Shown: positions 27,456 to 40,348 of the stretch, in pieces | How positions within the stretch are numbered: the stretch's first letter is position 1 | Layout of the letters: each line of letters opens with the position of its first letter | Assembly: GCA_951406725.2 (NCBI GenBank) | Contig: OX597823.1 | Location: 41,106,001-41,170,000 of the forward strand | DNA from: Octopus vulgaris | Lineage: Eukaryota | Direction of reading: 5' to 3' | DNA length: 64,000 nucleotides | Program-made: the position numbers and the translations under genes | The notes under the pieces: generated by a model | Told to the model about the DNA's origin: nothing | The model's database searches: none | What the model saw: only the letters and a program-made list of their open reading frames with translations

Positions 27456-28609
27456 CTATCTATCTATCTATCTATCTGTTTCTCTCTCTCTCCATCTACC
27501 ACATTTCTGGTGTTCTGCTAAAACAATTGGCAAAAGCGTTGTACAAACTACCATGTCATACTCGTTTGCGAGTGACTGCTAAGCTTTTATTAGTAACTAT
27601 AAATATTCTCAATGATAGCTATAGAAATTTCTTCTGTTTTCGTTCTTTCATTGAAGACACATTCCTACATATTTTAAGTTCATTTCCATTGCTATCGCTG
27701 AAAGAAATTGAAAAATTATACATCTCATTATTATGCTCGGATTCCTTGATGGTTCAACGCATGAATACATTATTTTCTTTCAGAGTGATCATGTGATGCA
27801 TGATGCTGAGCAATGTCAAATACTAGACACTACACGCAACACATAAATGTTGCAGTTTTTTTTTTGTTTCTCGTAATATTTTCAAAAACAATTATCAGTA
27901 TTTGGTGACGTTATGAAATGATATATTTTCTCCTCAGAATTAGGTATTCATAGATAGCTATTTTACAGATCTTAAATGTGCTGCATAGGTAACAGTTCTT
28001 GGACACAATTCCACAAAACATTGCCAAGTATAAAATTGGTCATTTAATATTTATATTTTATTCCTAGAGACTGCAATATCTTTTGAGTGTGTTTCATGAA
28101 GCGATGCCAGAAGAAGGTGTTATGTTGGTGAAATCGATTGTTGAACGAGCTGTCTATATGCCCTATATACCTGTTTTGGGTTTCTTTGTTGATGATGCCG
28201 ATACAATTAACAATGCGTTCCAACCATTTACGACTGCATTTAGCACTGTATGAGAAAGATTGTAAGTGCATACCCTGAGTTCGAAATCCAAGATACTTAC
28301 AGCTTCGAACACACACAATGATAGAGAAAGACAGATGCAGAGGAAGGGAGGAATTAAATAGTAGTTATGAGAGGAGTTATGCAAATGATAAATTCGTTTC
28401 ATTTTATTTTATTTTAAGGTAATAAATATTTTTTAATTACTATTCATTTCATTATTTTTAAATAAACACCAATAAATCTGATAAAATGTTAAATTATAAT
28501 AATTGTATATACTGTATGCCGTATTTCCTGGTATTATCCAGGGTAGCAAAAGTATACTTCCAAAGTTATTTGTAACACTCTTGCTGTATATATATATCAT
28601 TGTATCTAG

Positions 28610-28808
28610 GTTATTCCCCCTGCTACACTTGACGACTGGAGTTGGTTTGTTTACGTTTCTGTAACTCAGTAGTGCGCCAATAGATATTACTGTATTAGGT
28701 ACCTGACTTCAAAATAAATAAGTATAGTAGTCAATTTGTTTGACTAAAACCCTTAAAAGCAGGGCCCCAGTATGGCTGCAGTCCAGTGACTGAAACGAGT
28801 AAAAGACA
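28610..28808 (+). mobile_element. SINE family B 3' part
   Basis: GTTTACGTTTCTGTAACTCAG...CCAGTATGGCTGCAGTCCAGTGACTGAAACGAGTAAAAGA, homologous to 32500-32680. Confidence 0.75.
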
Positions 28809-31084
28809 GCTGATAGAGAACATTTTATAAAACATGTTTGTTTTCTAATGTTGATTTCCTACCTAACAATTAATCACCTGCGTACTTGGTGATTAAGTCA
28901 TTTATCCTGTTACTTGTGTAGAAATAGATAAAATGATCATAGAAAGGAATTGAAATTGTTGCTACCGGGTATAACAGTTTTCATATCGCAGCTGACGTAG
29001 ACATTTGTTCTTGGGTAAGACATTTAAATTCCCTTACTTAGAGTTTCTTCATATTACGTTGTTCTTTTATTACACAATATTTCGTTTATATGATTTCCTA
29101 TTCTATTATATCATATAATTTTATTACGTTATATTCTATGAAATAACATTATAATGCATTACACAAACTTAAATAACATATTTTATAATTCATTTTCATT
29201 TTTGTTGTTGTTATTTTTCTCTGTATCTTTGTGCGGCAAAATGGCTGATTGTTTAAAGTAGAAGACATCCAATAGCATAAATCGTGAGTTCGTGTCTGCT
29301 ACAAAATATTCGCAGTGCTTGGGACAAGATCCATAATCTTCTAGGCTTCAAGATCAATGAGCAGTTTGAACCAGTACAATATGTTCTGACAATATATCGT
29401 ATGTTCTGCCTGTAAAAGACTTGTGCCTTATCCGAAGTGACATGTATCTCTTCTCGGTGTTCATGGAAATGGATATGCACTGATTTTCATGAATTCAGGT
29501 CTCTCGTAATTATGCATTATGTTATGTTTATCGCTTTTATTTTAGCAATTCACTTCTTGACAAGGGCAACACTTAAGACATTGTCGATGACAGCCACAAC
29601 TGCATAAGCAAGAGTAACATTAACACCATCAATAATAATCTTAGTAACAGTATTTATTAAAACACTAATAAGAACGTTAGCAACACTAGTTGCTACAATA
29701 ATATAAACAGTAACAGCAACGATTACAATATTAGCAACAATGGCAACAATTTCAGAAAACGTAATTTCAGAAAACGTAAAGACAAAACAATAGTGACAAA
29801 AAAATTAACAGCAATAATAACAGTGTCAACAACATTAGCAACAATATCAACAACAATAATTACTATAGTGTCACCAGCAGTAAAAAACAACATAATTATC
29901 AACGAGGAAGCATCTAATAAGCTTTTGTTGTCATTTTATTGTTTGACCTCCGGTCAAATCTGGTCGAGCAAAGCTATAATGAAAAATATTGTAGCCATAA
30001 ATATCTCAGATTATATTATCCTGTTTTTAAGAGGTTTAAAATGATTTGATGGAGACGTAGATGTTTCCAAAATCAGCTATACATTGATGTTTCCGAAATT
30101 ACGTGAATCTTCTCGAAATCAACAATAGAAAAACCTTAAGACTGCGGATGTTCGAACTGTTAGTGGTTTATTCCTTTTACATACAACTGAAAGCGCAATT
30201 TATTTTCAAGGGCCCGACAACCTATAAATATTATCTAATACATGGGGGCTACAGAAAAATTATTTAACAACAGGAACATTTTATCTGTACATCTCTCTTC
30301 GCCCTCTCTCTCTCTCTCTCCTTCTCTCTCTCTCGCTCTTACCTTTTTTTCTAGTTTTCTCTTTTTGTGTGTTCTTTTGTGTAAGCAATATTATGTATGC
30401 ATTTTCCTTAGTTTGTCATGGTTTACCAGCTTTAAACAAACGTTTAAAGTGATTAAATAAAATACAGCGTAAATACAAAAGCATTAATTTTAAATATATT
30501 TTTATTCCATTGGTGATCTCTCAGATCCACAAATGGACTTCCGGGATTTCAAATTTACATAAGAATACCAGTAATACACAGTGTCTGAATCAGACCACTA
30601 AAATATATCCAGAAGAGGCACGAGGATGTTGTTTATAAGAACAGAATAATATTTCTGAAGATCAACGTATTTATTGATTGTAATATTGATTACTTTTGTC
30701 AAAAAATAAATATCACTTACAAATATTGGAAAATGTTTATGGTCGAGTGAGTAGGGCGTCGGTCAATAAATCAAATTGTCTATTGTTTCTAACCTGTGAC
30801 CGAATAAATATCTAGTTATTAATAGTACCCAAAGGATAGGATGCCCTATAAATAGTTATAGCTGTGTAAGACTGGAGAGAGTTCCTTAACAAAATGAAGG
30901 GGTCAAATCCGTCAATTCGCTTGGTCCGACATAATATGGGTTAACAACGTGATCATTCTACCACTTTAATCACCGTCACCCACGGATTGAATAAATGATC
31001 TTTCATATGTTAAAAAAATATATTTAAAAAAGTAAGTCACTTCCAACACAATTCCCTACCTAACACTGTTCTTCCCAGTTTTAT

Positions 31085-31258
31085 TAGCTCCATTTCACCC
31101 GTCTTAACGCTCTGAGTTCAGATCCCGACGAAGTCGACTTTGCCCTCATTGCATTCGTAGTTGATACAATAAGTGCCTGTTGAACACTGAGCTTGATGCA
31201 ATCAACTTCCCACTTCCCGCAAAATTGCTGGCCTTGTGCCAAAATTTTAAATCATTAT
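31085..31258 (+). mobile_element. SINE family A, diverged
   Basis: CTGAGTTCAGATCCCGACGAAGTCGACTTTGCC..GGCCTTGTGCCAAAATTT. Confidence 0.8.
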
Positions 31259-31281
31259 TTTTATAAATTTACATCTGAGAA

Positions 31282-33356
31282 CACTTGGAACAAAAAGGTA
31301 TATTACATGATCAGATTCACTAATAAAACTATTATTGACAAATTGTAATTAAAAGAGGCGGGGTGGGGAATTTAAATATTCTTTCTCCCGGTTGTCTAAT
31401 TCGTATTTAAAGTTCTTTATTTGCAAATAACAAAGGGTTACTGTTACAATTGTCTAACTTGTGTAGATACTGGAATATGACACATTGCACGTACACGACT
31501 GATACTGATAGGCTCTGTGATATTTGTGGTAAAATGACTTTATTAAAATATCGATGGGAGATTACAAGACGCATTAAGAAGCTTTATTACGCTTATGTCA
31601 GATGTGCCATAGGTGATTAAGACGAAATATTGGCGCCTTGTGTTTGTTACTTGAAATGCACTAACGATGCTAGAAAGTGGTCTTCACCTAAAAGACTGTC
31701 TATGGGATTTGCAAAGCTTACGATTTGATGAGAAGATATGATTCGCAATGCAGATTTTACACGAGTAAGACAGAAAGAGACACACACGTAATACCAATAA
31801 TAATATTTCTTACTCAAAATGACGTATCGCTATTTGGCTTGTACTGCTTTTTGTTGGTTTACTTTAATACCTGGCTGATAATGACTTCAATGATATATAG
31901 AGTTTTAAGGAAAACTTTGGTACCGAGTTTGCTCTAGATCATTAATAAAAGACTGGAATGGTTTGTCTCTGATTTAACCTTTTGCCTATCCTGTATATCA
32001 CATGCGACACACAGTACATATTCCCCTGGCATCTACGCATCATATTCAGGCATATTCAATATACATTTCCAATTTATTTATTTTTTTAACCAACAGAATA
32101 ACTTGGAACTTATGAAAGGAAAAGTTTATATAAAATATTTATCTTTGTTATGTGAATTGTCAGTAACAGCACACTTTCTGCATTCTCATTTTCCGTTTGA
32201 AATTTGGTGATGTTTCTGAGAATATTCCATATTTCGTAAAGATACTTCTGTCCTTGAAAATAGATATCAAGTCTGATTGAATGTTAGTTAGTTGACTATG
32301 CATCGTAACACTCACGGTCACAAGTTCAAATTTCGTTTAAATGTTTGGTAAGAAGCTTGCTTCCCAACCATATGGTTCTGTGTTCAGTCCCACTGCATGG
32401 CACATTTAGCAAGTGTCTTCTAATATAGTTTCCAGCTGGAAGCTGAAAGAAGTCTGTCATGTAAGTGTGGGGGTGCTTTTGTGTCTGTGTTTTCCTCACC
32501 ACCGCTTGACAACGGTGTTGGTGCGTTTACGTCTCTGTAACTTAGCGGTTCGGCAAAAGACAGATAAAATAATTACTGGGCTTAAATAAATACTGGGGTT
32601 GATTCATTCGAGTAAACATTCCTTAAAGGCGGTGCTCCAGCATGACCGCTGTCTAATGACTGAATCGAGTAAAAGATAAAAGACAACTTAGCAAAACAAA
32701 GCAACTTCTCGTTCTGTTAATGCTTTTGTTGCAGTTATGTCTGATTTCCTGGGAAATAGGAAGCCATCAAATTATGAAGTTGTGTGGACACTGTCAACCA
32801 GTTTTCGAGCACTGAGATGCAACATGAGTGTAAAAGTGCATTTCCTGCACAGTCGTCTGGACTAATTCTCTGAAAATCATAGTCCAATAAGTGACGAGCA
32901 AAGAGAAAGATTCCACAAGGACATTGAGGTTATAGAGACCAGGAATCAAGACAGGTGGAACACAAAAATGATAGCTGATTACTGCTGGTCTCTGCAAATA
33001 GTTTGCCGTGATTCAAGTTATTCATGCAAAGCAGCAAGGAGAAAGTTCACACCTTCAGTAGCTGAAACTCCAGTTTCACAGAAATATCTATCCTAAGATA
33101 TGTAATTAAATATTTTGTGTAATATATTTGTTAAACAATAAAAAATGCTATTTGTTTTGTATTAGTTTCTTATTTCAGTATTGCATTAATGACATTTTAC
33201 GACAATTTTGGAAAAAAAAAAAATTTAATGGCAAAATCGACATTCGCGTGATAAAAATTTTCTGAGAGTATTTCTGAAACCAGCAAAATCAAATCAGTTA
33301 GGACTAATTGTTAAAAGCAAGACAACTAAAATTTCTTTCGATAATGTTCCCCAGTG
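31282..33356 (+). mobile_element. Chapaev3-like (CMC superfamily) DNA transposon relic, internally deleted
   Basis: termini CACTTGGAACAAA / TGTTCCCCAGTG+TTA; N-terminal peptide DRLCDICGKMT..IKKLYYAY..AIGD*D..WA..LRKW..MGFA..IW (31490-31735); C-terminal FLGNRK..CNMSVKVHFLHSRLD*FSEN..SDEQRERFHKDI..MIADYCWSL (32745-33000). Family name is from recalled protein motifs. Confidence 0.75.
32345..32682 (+). mobile_element. SINE family B (tRNA head, CORE-like block, GTTTACGTC..GTAACTTAGCGGTTCGGCAAAAGA block)
   Basis: homologous copies at 28610 and 38135; inserted inside the Chapaev3-like relic. Confidence 0.88.
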
Positions 33357-33469
33357 TTATCAACAAATTAATAAAAACGGCTAACCAGCCCTATTACGTA
33401 CGGACAAACAATTCAACTGTTTTTATTCAGAGTAAGCTATAGAAAAAAAACCTAACTTAATAGAAAAGG

Positions 33470-33585
33470 AGCCAGTTGATTAGATCGACCCCAGTACACA
33501 ACTGAAACTTAATTCATCGACCCTGAAAGGATGAAAGGCAACGTCGATCTTGGCAGAATTTGAACACAGAATGTAAAAACAGACG
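33470..33585 (-). mobile_element. SINE family A fragment
   Basis: ATCGACCCTGAAAGGATGAAAGGCAACGTCGATC. Confidence 0.8.
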
Positions 33586-34867
33586 GTCATAATATACAAA
33601 CATTTCTCATGGCACCAGTTCACTGTTTACAGATGCTTGTATTTTATGTTTTCCGCGAAGTTTTCACGAGGCTAGCTAGTATAAATAGATACACAAAGAG
33701 GGAGAGAGACAATCGCATTGTGTAGAATTCCATATACACATCTGTCGTTATCTTTTTTTTTATTCCCTCTCCCTACTCCATTAATGCATGCATATATGCA
33801 CACACATATACAAACAAGATTATACAATCACACACACATTTGTATAGGTACATAGATAGATAGATGGATAGATAGATGATAGATAGATACACATACATAT
33901 ACACACTTATATACATATGCACATATATAAAAGTGTACGTATCACATGTATATTAAGTATAATAAGTTATATACATACATATACACACGTGTGTGTGTGT
34001 TTGTGTGTTCGTGCAGAGGTCAACATGTGAGTGTAACTATGTGTTAGTGCTAGTGCGTGTATATGCCTTGACGCATCCAAATATGTATGCCTGTTTCTGT
34101 GATAACGTTTGTCTATAGTGGACCTTATTCTGTAAATATGTGAATAGAAACGTATGGAAACATGCGTGTGACTGCTTGAATGTGCAGACATGACTATCTC
34201 TATGCGTATTTGTGCTTTTAAGAAACACAGATACGATATGTATTCATGTATTCATGTGTGTGTATGTGTAACAATAGATATATATATATATATGTGTGTG
34301 TGTGTCCCGTATGAATATTTGAATTTACAAATGAGTTTATGTATTATGAGTATGTGTTCATATATGTATGTATATGTACGCGTATAAAGATTTGAATTTA
34401 CAATTATGTGTATGTGTTCTGAGAATGTATTCGTCGTTTATGCTGTACTTTAATATATTTTTTTACTTACTCCATTCAATTAATGGATCTGTACCACTAA
34501 AGAAGCCACTTAATGTTTAATATAGTTTTATGTTTATTATCTAATTGGAATATTGTCGAGATTTATAGTTCTACTGCAACAATCAATAAGTACTTCAAAG
34601 ACATTAATATTTTGTCGATGGAACTTGCTGATGCTGTTGTTGCAGCTATTATTGTTGTATTTGTTGTATTTGTTGTGAGCGTGTATAGTAATTTGTATAT
34701 GAAGAAAATGGCGACGTCAGTGGAAGCCGCAGAGTGTGATGAGGTTGACGACGTTATTTTTGTGAGAGCACATATCCCTTGTTTTCTGTCAATATTGAAT
34801 TATTTATATCGGTTTTGACATTCTTCCAGTCATTAAATAAAAACAAAAGAAAAAAAACATCAACAAA

Positions 34868-34877
34868 ATAACAACAA

Positions 34878-34911
<34 letters not shown>

Positions 34912-34945
34912 AATAATAATAATAATAATAATAATGATAAGAATG

Positions 34946-34993
<48 letters not shown>
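34868..34993. repeat. (CAA)n-(TAA)n microsatellite
   Basis: direct inspection. Confidence 0.95.
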
Positions 34994-34994
<1 letters not shown>

Positions 34995-35068
34995 GGGCCT
35001 AAAACATGGAAGACCATATCAAAGGACGAGTTACAACAGATAAACAAAACCAAAAACAAACAAAAAAT

Positions 35069-35213
35069 GCGCAACTGGTACTTATTTTATCGACCCCGTT
35101 AGGATGAAAGATAAAAGTCGTCTTCAACGGAATTTGAACTCAGAACGTAAAGCTGGAGGAAATTCCGCAAAGTATTTTAGGTCAGAGTGCTAACGATTTT
35201 GCTAGCTTGCCGT
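35069..35213 (-). mobile_element. SINE family A fragment
   Basis: CAACTGGTACTTATTTTATCGACCCC..GGAATTTGAACTCAGAACG. Confidence 0.82.
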
Positions 35214-35322
35214 GAAGATATTGGACGCAATATAATGGAGATATCTCATACATATTGATCGATTTGGAACAATAATAAAACATTGACAGATATTGAATTT
35301 GATTCGATGAGAAATATTTGAT

Positions 35323-35360
<38 letters not shown>

Positions 35361-35388
35361 AACTATGACTTAACTATACTCACACACC

Positions 35389-35440
35389 GTCTCCGATGAA
35401 GGGATATAATAAATAAATATCCTAGAAACAGCTGTAAGAC
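35389..35440 (+). ncRNA. minimal type I hammerhead ribozyme-like fold in a Penelope-type pseudo-LTR remnant
   Basis: stem I GTCT/AGAC, core CCGATGA (one deviation), stem II GGATAT/ATATCC, GAAAC, palindromic loop AGCT, triplet GTA. Confidence 0.6.
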
Positions 35441-35591
35441 CTATCTATAAATGCTCTAATATCTACACAGCCTTGGGTTTTTTATTTTACTATGCAAAAA
35501 GTCTTATATACACACGCTGACAGAACCAACGTTGAACCCTTTATTCGCAAAATTACCTGACACCTTTGGGTCTCAATGACACCATTTTCTC

Positions 35592-35630
<39 letters not shown>

Positions 35631-35631
35631 C

Positions 35632-35699
<68 letters not shown>

Positions 35700-36419
35700 A
35701 ACATGCATAAGATATATGATCAACGGAAACTTCGAAATCTTCGTGAAAGTTCAATTATTGAGTAATTCTTTGTTTTAATGCTAAGATATATAATTTGAGA
35801 TACGAAAACTTTAATACATGTACATGTGTTTGTGTGTGTGTGTGTGTTTGTGTGTGTGTGCATGTGTTTGTCTATGTGTGTGTGTGCGTGTGTGTACATT
35901 GTACTAAGAGTACAGACTTATATCGTAGTAGACGAAAACCGTCGGGAATGGCGTCTGCTAAGATATATCCTCTACGAATCAAGTCCTATCCAAAAACATA
36001 CTAATTTGAGCCACGAACTCCCTATAAAATAACACAAGCTTCAAACACTAGTCAGAAGCAAGTCTGTTGCGTCATAAGCCACATCTTTTTATATTCTTCA
36101 TGAAAATCAGCGTAAACTGTGAAATAGGTTACATCTTTAAATATAATAAAAAGTATTTCAGCTATTCTCAGTGCCTTTTCAACTTTATTTTTTCCTATAT
36201 TTCTACCTGTGTGGAATAAAATAACTTTGATTTCTATGTGTGTGTGTGTGTGTGTGTGTGTGAGTGAGATCATCATTATCCAGTATTTTAGATCCGGGTC
36301 TTGCCCCCGTTAACGGGGGTGGTCGGATCTACCTCAATGCCATAGCAACCGAGGTAGGCAGGTGCAGCCCACCCAACCTTCGTGCTAGCTGGTGCCCATT
36401 TTCCTTTACTGTCATTAGG

Positions 36420-36454
<35 letters not shown>

Positions 36455-36457
<3 letters not shown>

Positions 36458-37115
36458 AAAACAAAAGATGGAACAAGAACGTAATAGGAGTCAACAAAGA
36501 TACAAAAAGACATGAAAAACAAGGAGTTTTCTATCTTCAGTCAATTTCCAGATCGTCGTTGCAGTTTCGGCCGGTTACACTCGTGGCTGCTCCAATCTGA
36601 CCGGTTCCAAGAAAATCTAAGCTAAGTGCACTAGATTCTTTGGAAGAAAGCAAGTGAAGAAAACAAGGGCGAAAATATCGAGAAATGGTACACAATTACA
36701 AATACAAACAACAGGATATTAACAACAGGTGTCTTTCGACTAAGGACGAATTAAATTAAGCTGGCCTGTGTGGAAGTGAAGCCTTACGACAGGAAAATAA
36801 GAAATGAAAAGTCATAGAAAGGAATATAAGAGATGCTACACGGATGGTAGTCGAACAAAGAAAGGTGAGGCTCGACGAAATACCGGTCACGTGGAAAGGG
36901 AGGGGAGAGATAGGGGCAGAGGGATTGAAGAATTAGGGAGGGACGAGAAGGAGACAAAAAGAAAGTAAATAGAATGAGGGAGGTAAAGGAGGGGGAAAGT
37001 GATGAGAATGAAGGGAACGCCAAGTAATGCGAGAGAGGGAGAGCGAGGAAAAGAAAAGTGGAAAGAACGAAGAAAGTGTGAAGGGGGCTAAAAGAAAAAG
37101 TAAGAGTCTTACACA

Positions 37116-37118
<3 letters not shown>
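36455..37118. mobile_element. unclassified dispersed repeat fragment embedded in (TA)n
   Basis: start ATGGAACAAGAACGTAA..GATACAAAAAGA is repeated at 37246-37325; flanked on both sides by (TA)n; internal hairpins. Confidence 0.45.
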
Positions 37119-37177
<59 letters not shown>

Positions 37178-37202
37178 GAGACCAAAAGTGTACGTACGCC
37201 GC

Positions 37203-37242
<40 letters not shown>

Positions 37243-37350
37243 TAAATGGAACAAGAACGTAACAGGCGACAACAAAACATCCGGACAGTTAGACGATACA
37301 AAAAGAGACAGGAAAAAACAAGGTCGAGTCATGCGGAGCATTGTTTTGTT

Positions 37351-37386
<36 letters not shown>

Positions 37387-37411
37387 GTGGCGTACTTATA
37401 CTTTTGGTCTC
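37178..37411. mobile_element. small element with ~29-bp inverted ends (Tc1-like MITE relic)
   Basis: GAGACCAAAAGTGTACGTACGCCGCTATA and TATAGTGGCGTACTTATACTTTTGGTCTC are reverse complements with 3 mismatches, both in TA context. Confidence 0.55.
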
Positions 37412-37439
37412 CTATATATATATACATATATATATATAC

Positions 37440-37506
<67 letters not shown>

Positions 37507-38134
37507 TATATATATATTTATACAACCACACATACACGCACATGTATGTATACAGATGCATATATATATATATGTATACATATATGTGTCCTTGGGTTTT
37601 AATTATTTCTAGCTGTTTAGAAAAAAACTACCAACAGACGTAAACTCCAAATGACAATATATTATATTTGTGTTTTCAGCAAGTTAAATTGAATGTCAAT
37701 CGTAATAGATTACTTTACAGGCCATTTAGAACTGTTAAGAACATCGGGAGATCAAAGAATGGAAACGATGTCACTTTTGAAATTCTTCGTGATATTAGAC
37801 AAAGCACACGGAATTGAGACTGATTTTCGACGAACCATTTCAAAATACTTGAGAACAGAGTAAAAAGAAAAAGTAGTAATTAAGAAACTACTGGGAACAT
37901 TGCACAAAACAAAAGGATGGATTTTTTTGTAAACAATTTCCAGCTGTTTAAACAATTAGACAGATGATGGTTGTGTAAAAAAAACATTAATCCCACAACA
38001 AATTAACAGTTTGGTAAACACTTAAAACAGAACATTTGAAAGAGAGAGAAAAGTAAATGTTTATTTTCAGCTTTTGAAATGCATCTTCCACAAACGATCT
38101 TGAAGGCGAGAAAGTGATTAAAGCTCCGCCAGGC

Positions 38135-38480
38135 GCTGGTGTGACCGTATGTTGAACAAGCTTGATTTGCACCACGTAGTTTCGGGTTCAGTCCCCATTG
38201 TATAACATCTTGAGGATGCGCCTTCTGTTATAGCTCCAAGCAGACCGATGATTAGCGAGCGAATTAGGTAGACGGAAAATGTGTGGAAGCTCTTCGTATA
38301 AGTGTGTGTCTTTTTGCTTGTGTTTGTCCCTATATTGTCCCTCCTGACAACCGGCATTTCTTTGTTTACGTTCTGATAACTACGCGGTTCAGCAAAAGAG
38401 AGATAGAATAAGTACCAGACTTTTTAAAAGTTAAGTACAGGAGTTAATTTGGTGTCCAATGACTGAAACAAGTGAAAAAC
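38135..38480 (+). mobile_element. SINE family B, diverged full length
   Basis: GGGTTCAGTCCC B-box-like, GGTAGACGGAAA, GCGGTTCAGCAAAAGAG..AATGACTGAAACAAGT tail. Confidence 0.85.
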
Positions 38481-39279
38481 AAATTAATCTTATGAGAACG
38501 ATATCCCCCATCTTTCAAACAAGAAAAGGATGTTTAGTATTTCTATTTATTTTGGGTTTTTAATTAATTTCTACTGAGGTCGTTCCGTTGAATACAATGA
38601 GCTGGAAGTAGTACATTTTGAGACACTTAACCCTCAATATAGATCCTATCCTAGTTTAACCAACTGAAAATGGCTGGCAATACATGACAGTCTAATAACC
38701 GTTTTTCATTGCTTATGAAGTTTCGACAAATTATTACTAATGATGTAATGATTTTGCGATATGTGCAATAGATATGTATACTATATCATGGACAATTTGC
38801 TATCCTTGATAAACTGGTGAGAATATTTCGATAAAATATGAATGACGTTTTAAAGGCCATTTTCAAATGATGATAAATTATGTATTCCACTCGTGAATAA
38901 TTAAATCCAACTCGTCAGAAGTCAATTACTCTCTCATAATAATTAATCTGTTTAAATCCTAACGAGTTGGCATTGTTTGCCAATTATCCAAATAACGATG
39001 AAATCACAAACCTGTTACATGCTTGCGAGAGTCAGTATAGTTGACGATCTAACTCCATCAGTGTATGTTAATAAGGAACGTAGTAGATTAAATAGAATAC
39101 TCTAAAAACAGAGCAATTTCGAACATGCTTTGTATATGACCCTGTGTGATTGCTACTTGAGACATTTCAACACCCTTTATACGCTTAGTGACTGATATAT
39201 CTATCAATAAACGTTGACGATTCGACTTAGCTCACCGAGGGTTACTCGTCACTGTACTATGCCGTTTGTAGAAGTATAC

Positions 39280-39688
39280 TTTCTAATTTTGGTATAAGTC
39301 CAGCAATTTTGAGGGGAGGTGGAAGTCGATTACATCGATCGCTGTGCTCAACTGGTACTTGCATCAACCACTTAAAGAATGACAGGCAAAGTCAGCTTCG
39401 GTTATATTTGAACTCAGAAAGTAAACAGTCGGGAGAAATGCCACTAAGCATTTTGTCCACCACTGTAGCGATTCTGCCAGCTCACCGCCTTATATGATTG
39501 ATTTCAAGTTTTAGCACAAAACCAGAAATTTCGGTGGAGGGTATAAGTCGAGTACATCGATCCCACGACCCTGAAAGGATGAAAGATAAAATCGACCTGA
39601 GCGGAATCTGAATTCAGAACGTAAGGACAGTCGAAATGTCGCTAAGCATTATGCTCGGCGTGCTAATGATTCTGCCAACTCACCGCAT
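39280..39688 (-). mobile_element. two tandem SINE A copies
   Basis: GATTCTGCCAGCTCACCGCC at ~39470 and GATTCTGCCAACTCACCGC at ~39668. Confidence 0.85.
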
Positions 39689-40348
39689 TATGTGTAAGTA
39701 AATATTAATATATTTTTAGTAAAACGTATGTCATGTTTATAGAAGATAAGTGTTCGAGTGCCTCAGACGGCCGTCGATTTTTCTCTTTTTTTGAACAGGG
39801 TTTATTTTCACGCTATTATTAATAGATCTACTTCAAGTTCCGCCATTATGAACGAATTGTTTCACATCTCTCGAAGTTTCTAAATTCTTTTTGCATTGGC
39901 TCATTACCACATTTTATAGAGTGGGGTTTATAGACAGATAAATTGATCCCTGTTAATATTGGTACTTAATTTATCATCCCAGAGAGATGAAAAATAAAAT
40001 TGATCACGCAAGAATATTGAACACAAATCGATGACTTACGGAACTAATTATACGCCATTAAAGGAAAGAGCGTCAAATAGATACAGAGGGGTTCAGGTTT
40101 GCATTTCTCTTCTTATTAAATTAAAAGGGGCGTGCAAATCAAATTAAAAACAAAGCGGAGGGAATATAAAAATGCTTTTGAATAATTAGCTAATGAGATG
40201 ATTCTACTAATTAATTACGGCGTTGCTATAATATAGTAATTATCTCATTTGAAATGTTTTGTGTAAATTTACTAGAGAAACACTTATGTGCCCTACATAT
40301 ATAACACAATGGAAATATTTGGTGATACCTCAGATAATAGGTTGGGGC

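Noticed and set aside
34704-34770. AAAATGGCGACG start-like/YY1-like motif with peptide MATSVEAAECDE; other promoter-like words near 39840, 40125-40172 and 42720
   Set aside because: Short motifs are expected by chance, and there is no supporting exon chain or recognisable protein.
35922-35964. Small hairpin ATCGTAGTAGACG..CGTCTGCTAAGAT
   Set aside because: Too short for a pre-miRNA call, and no Helitron CTAG end follows.
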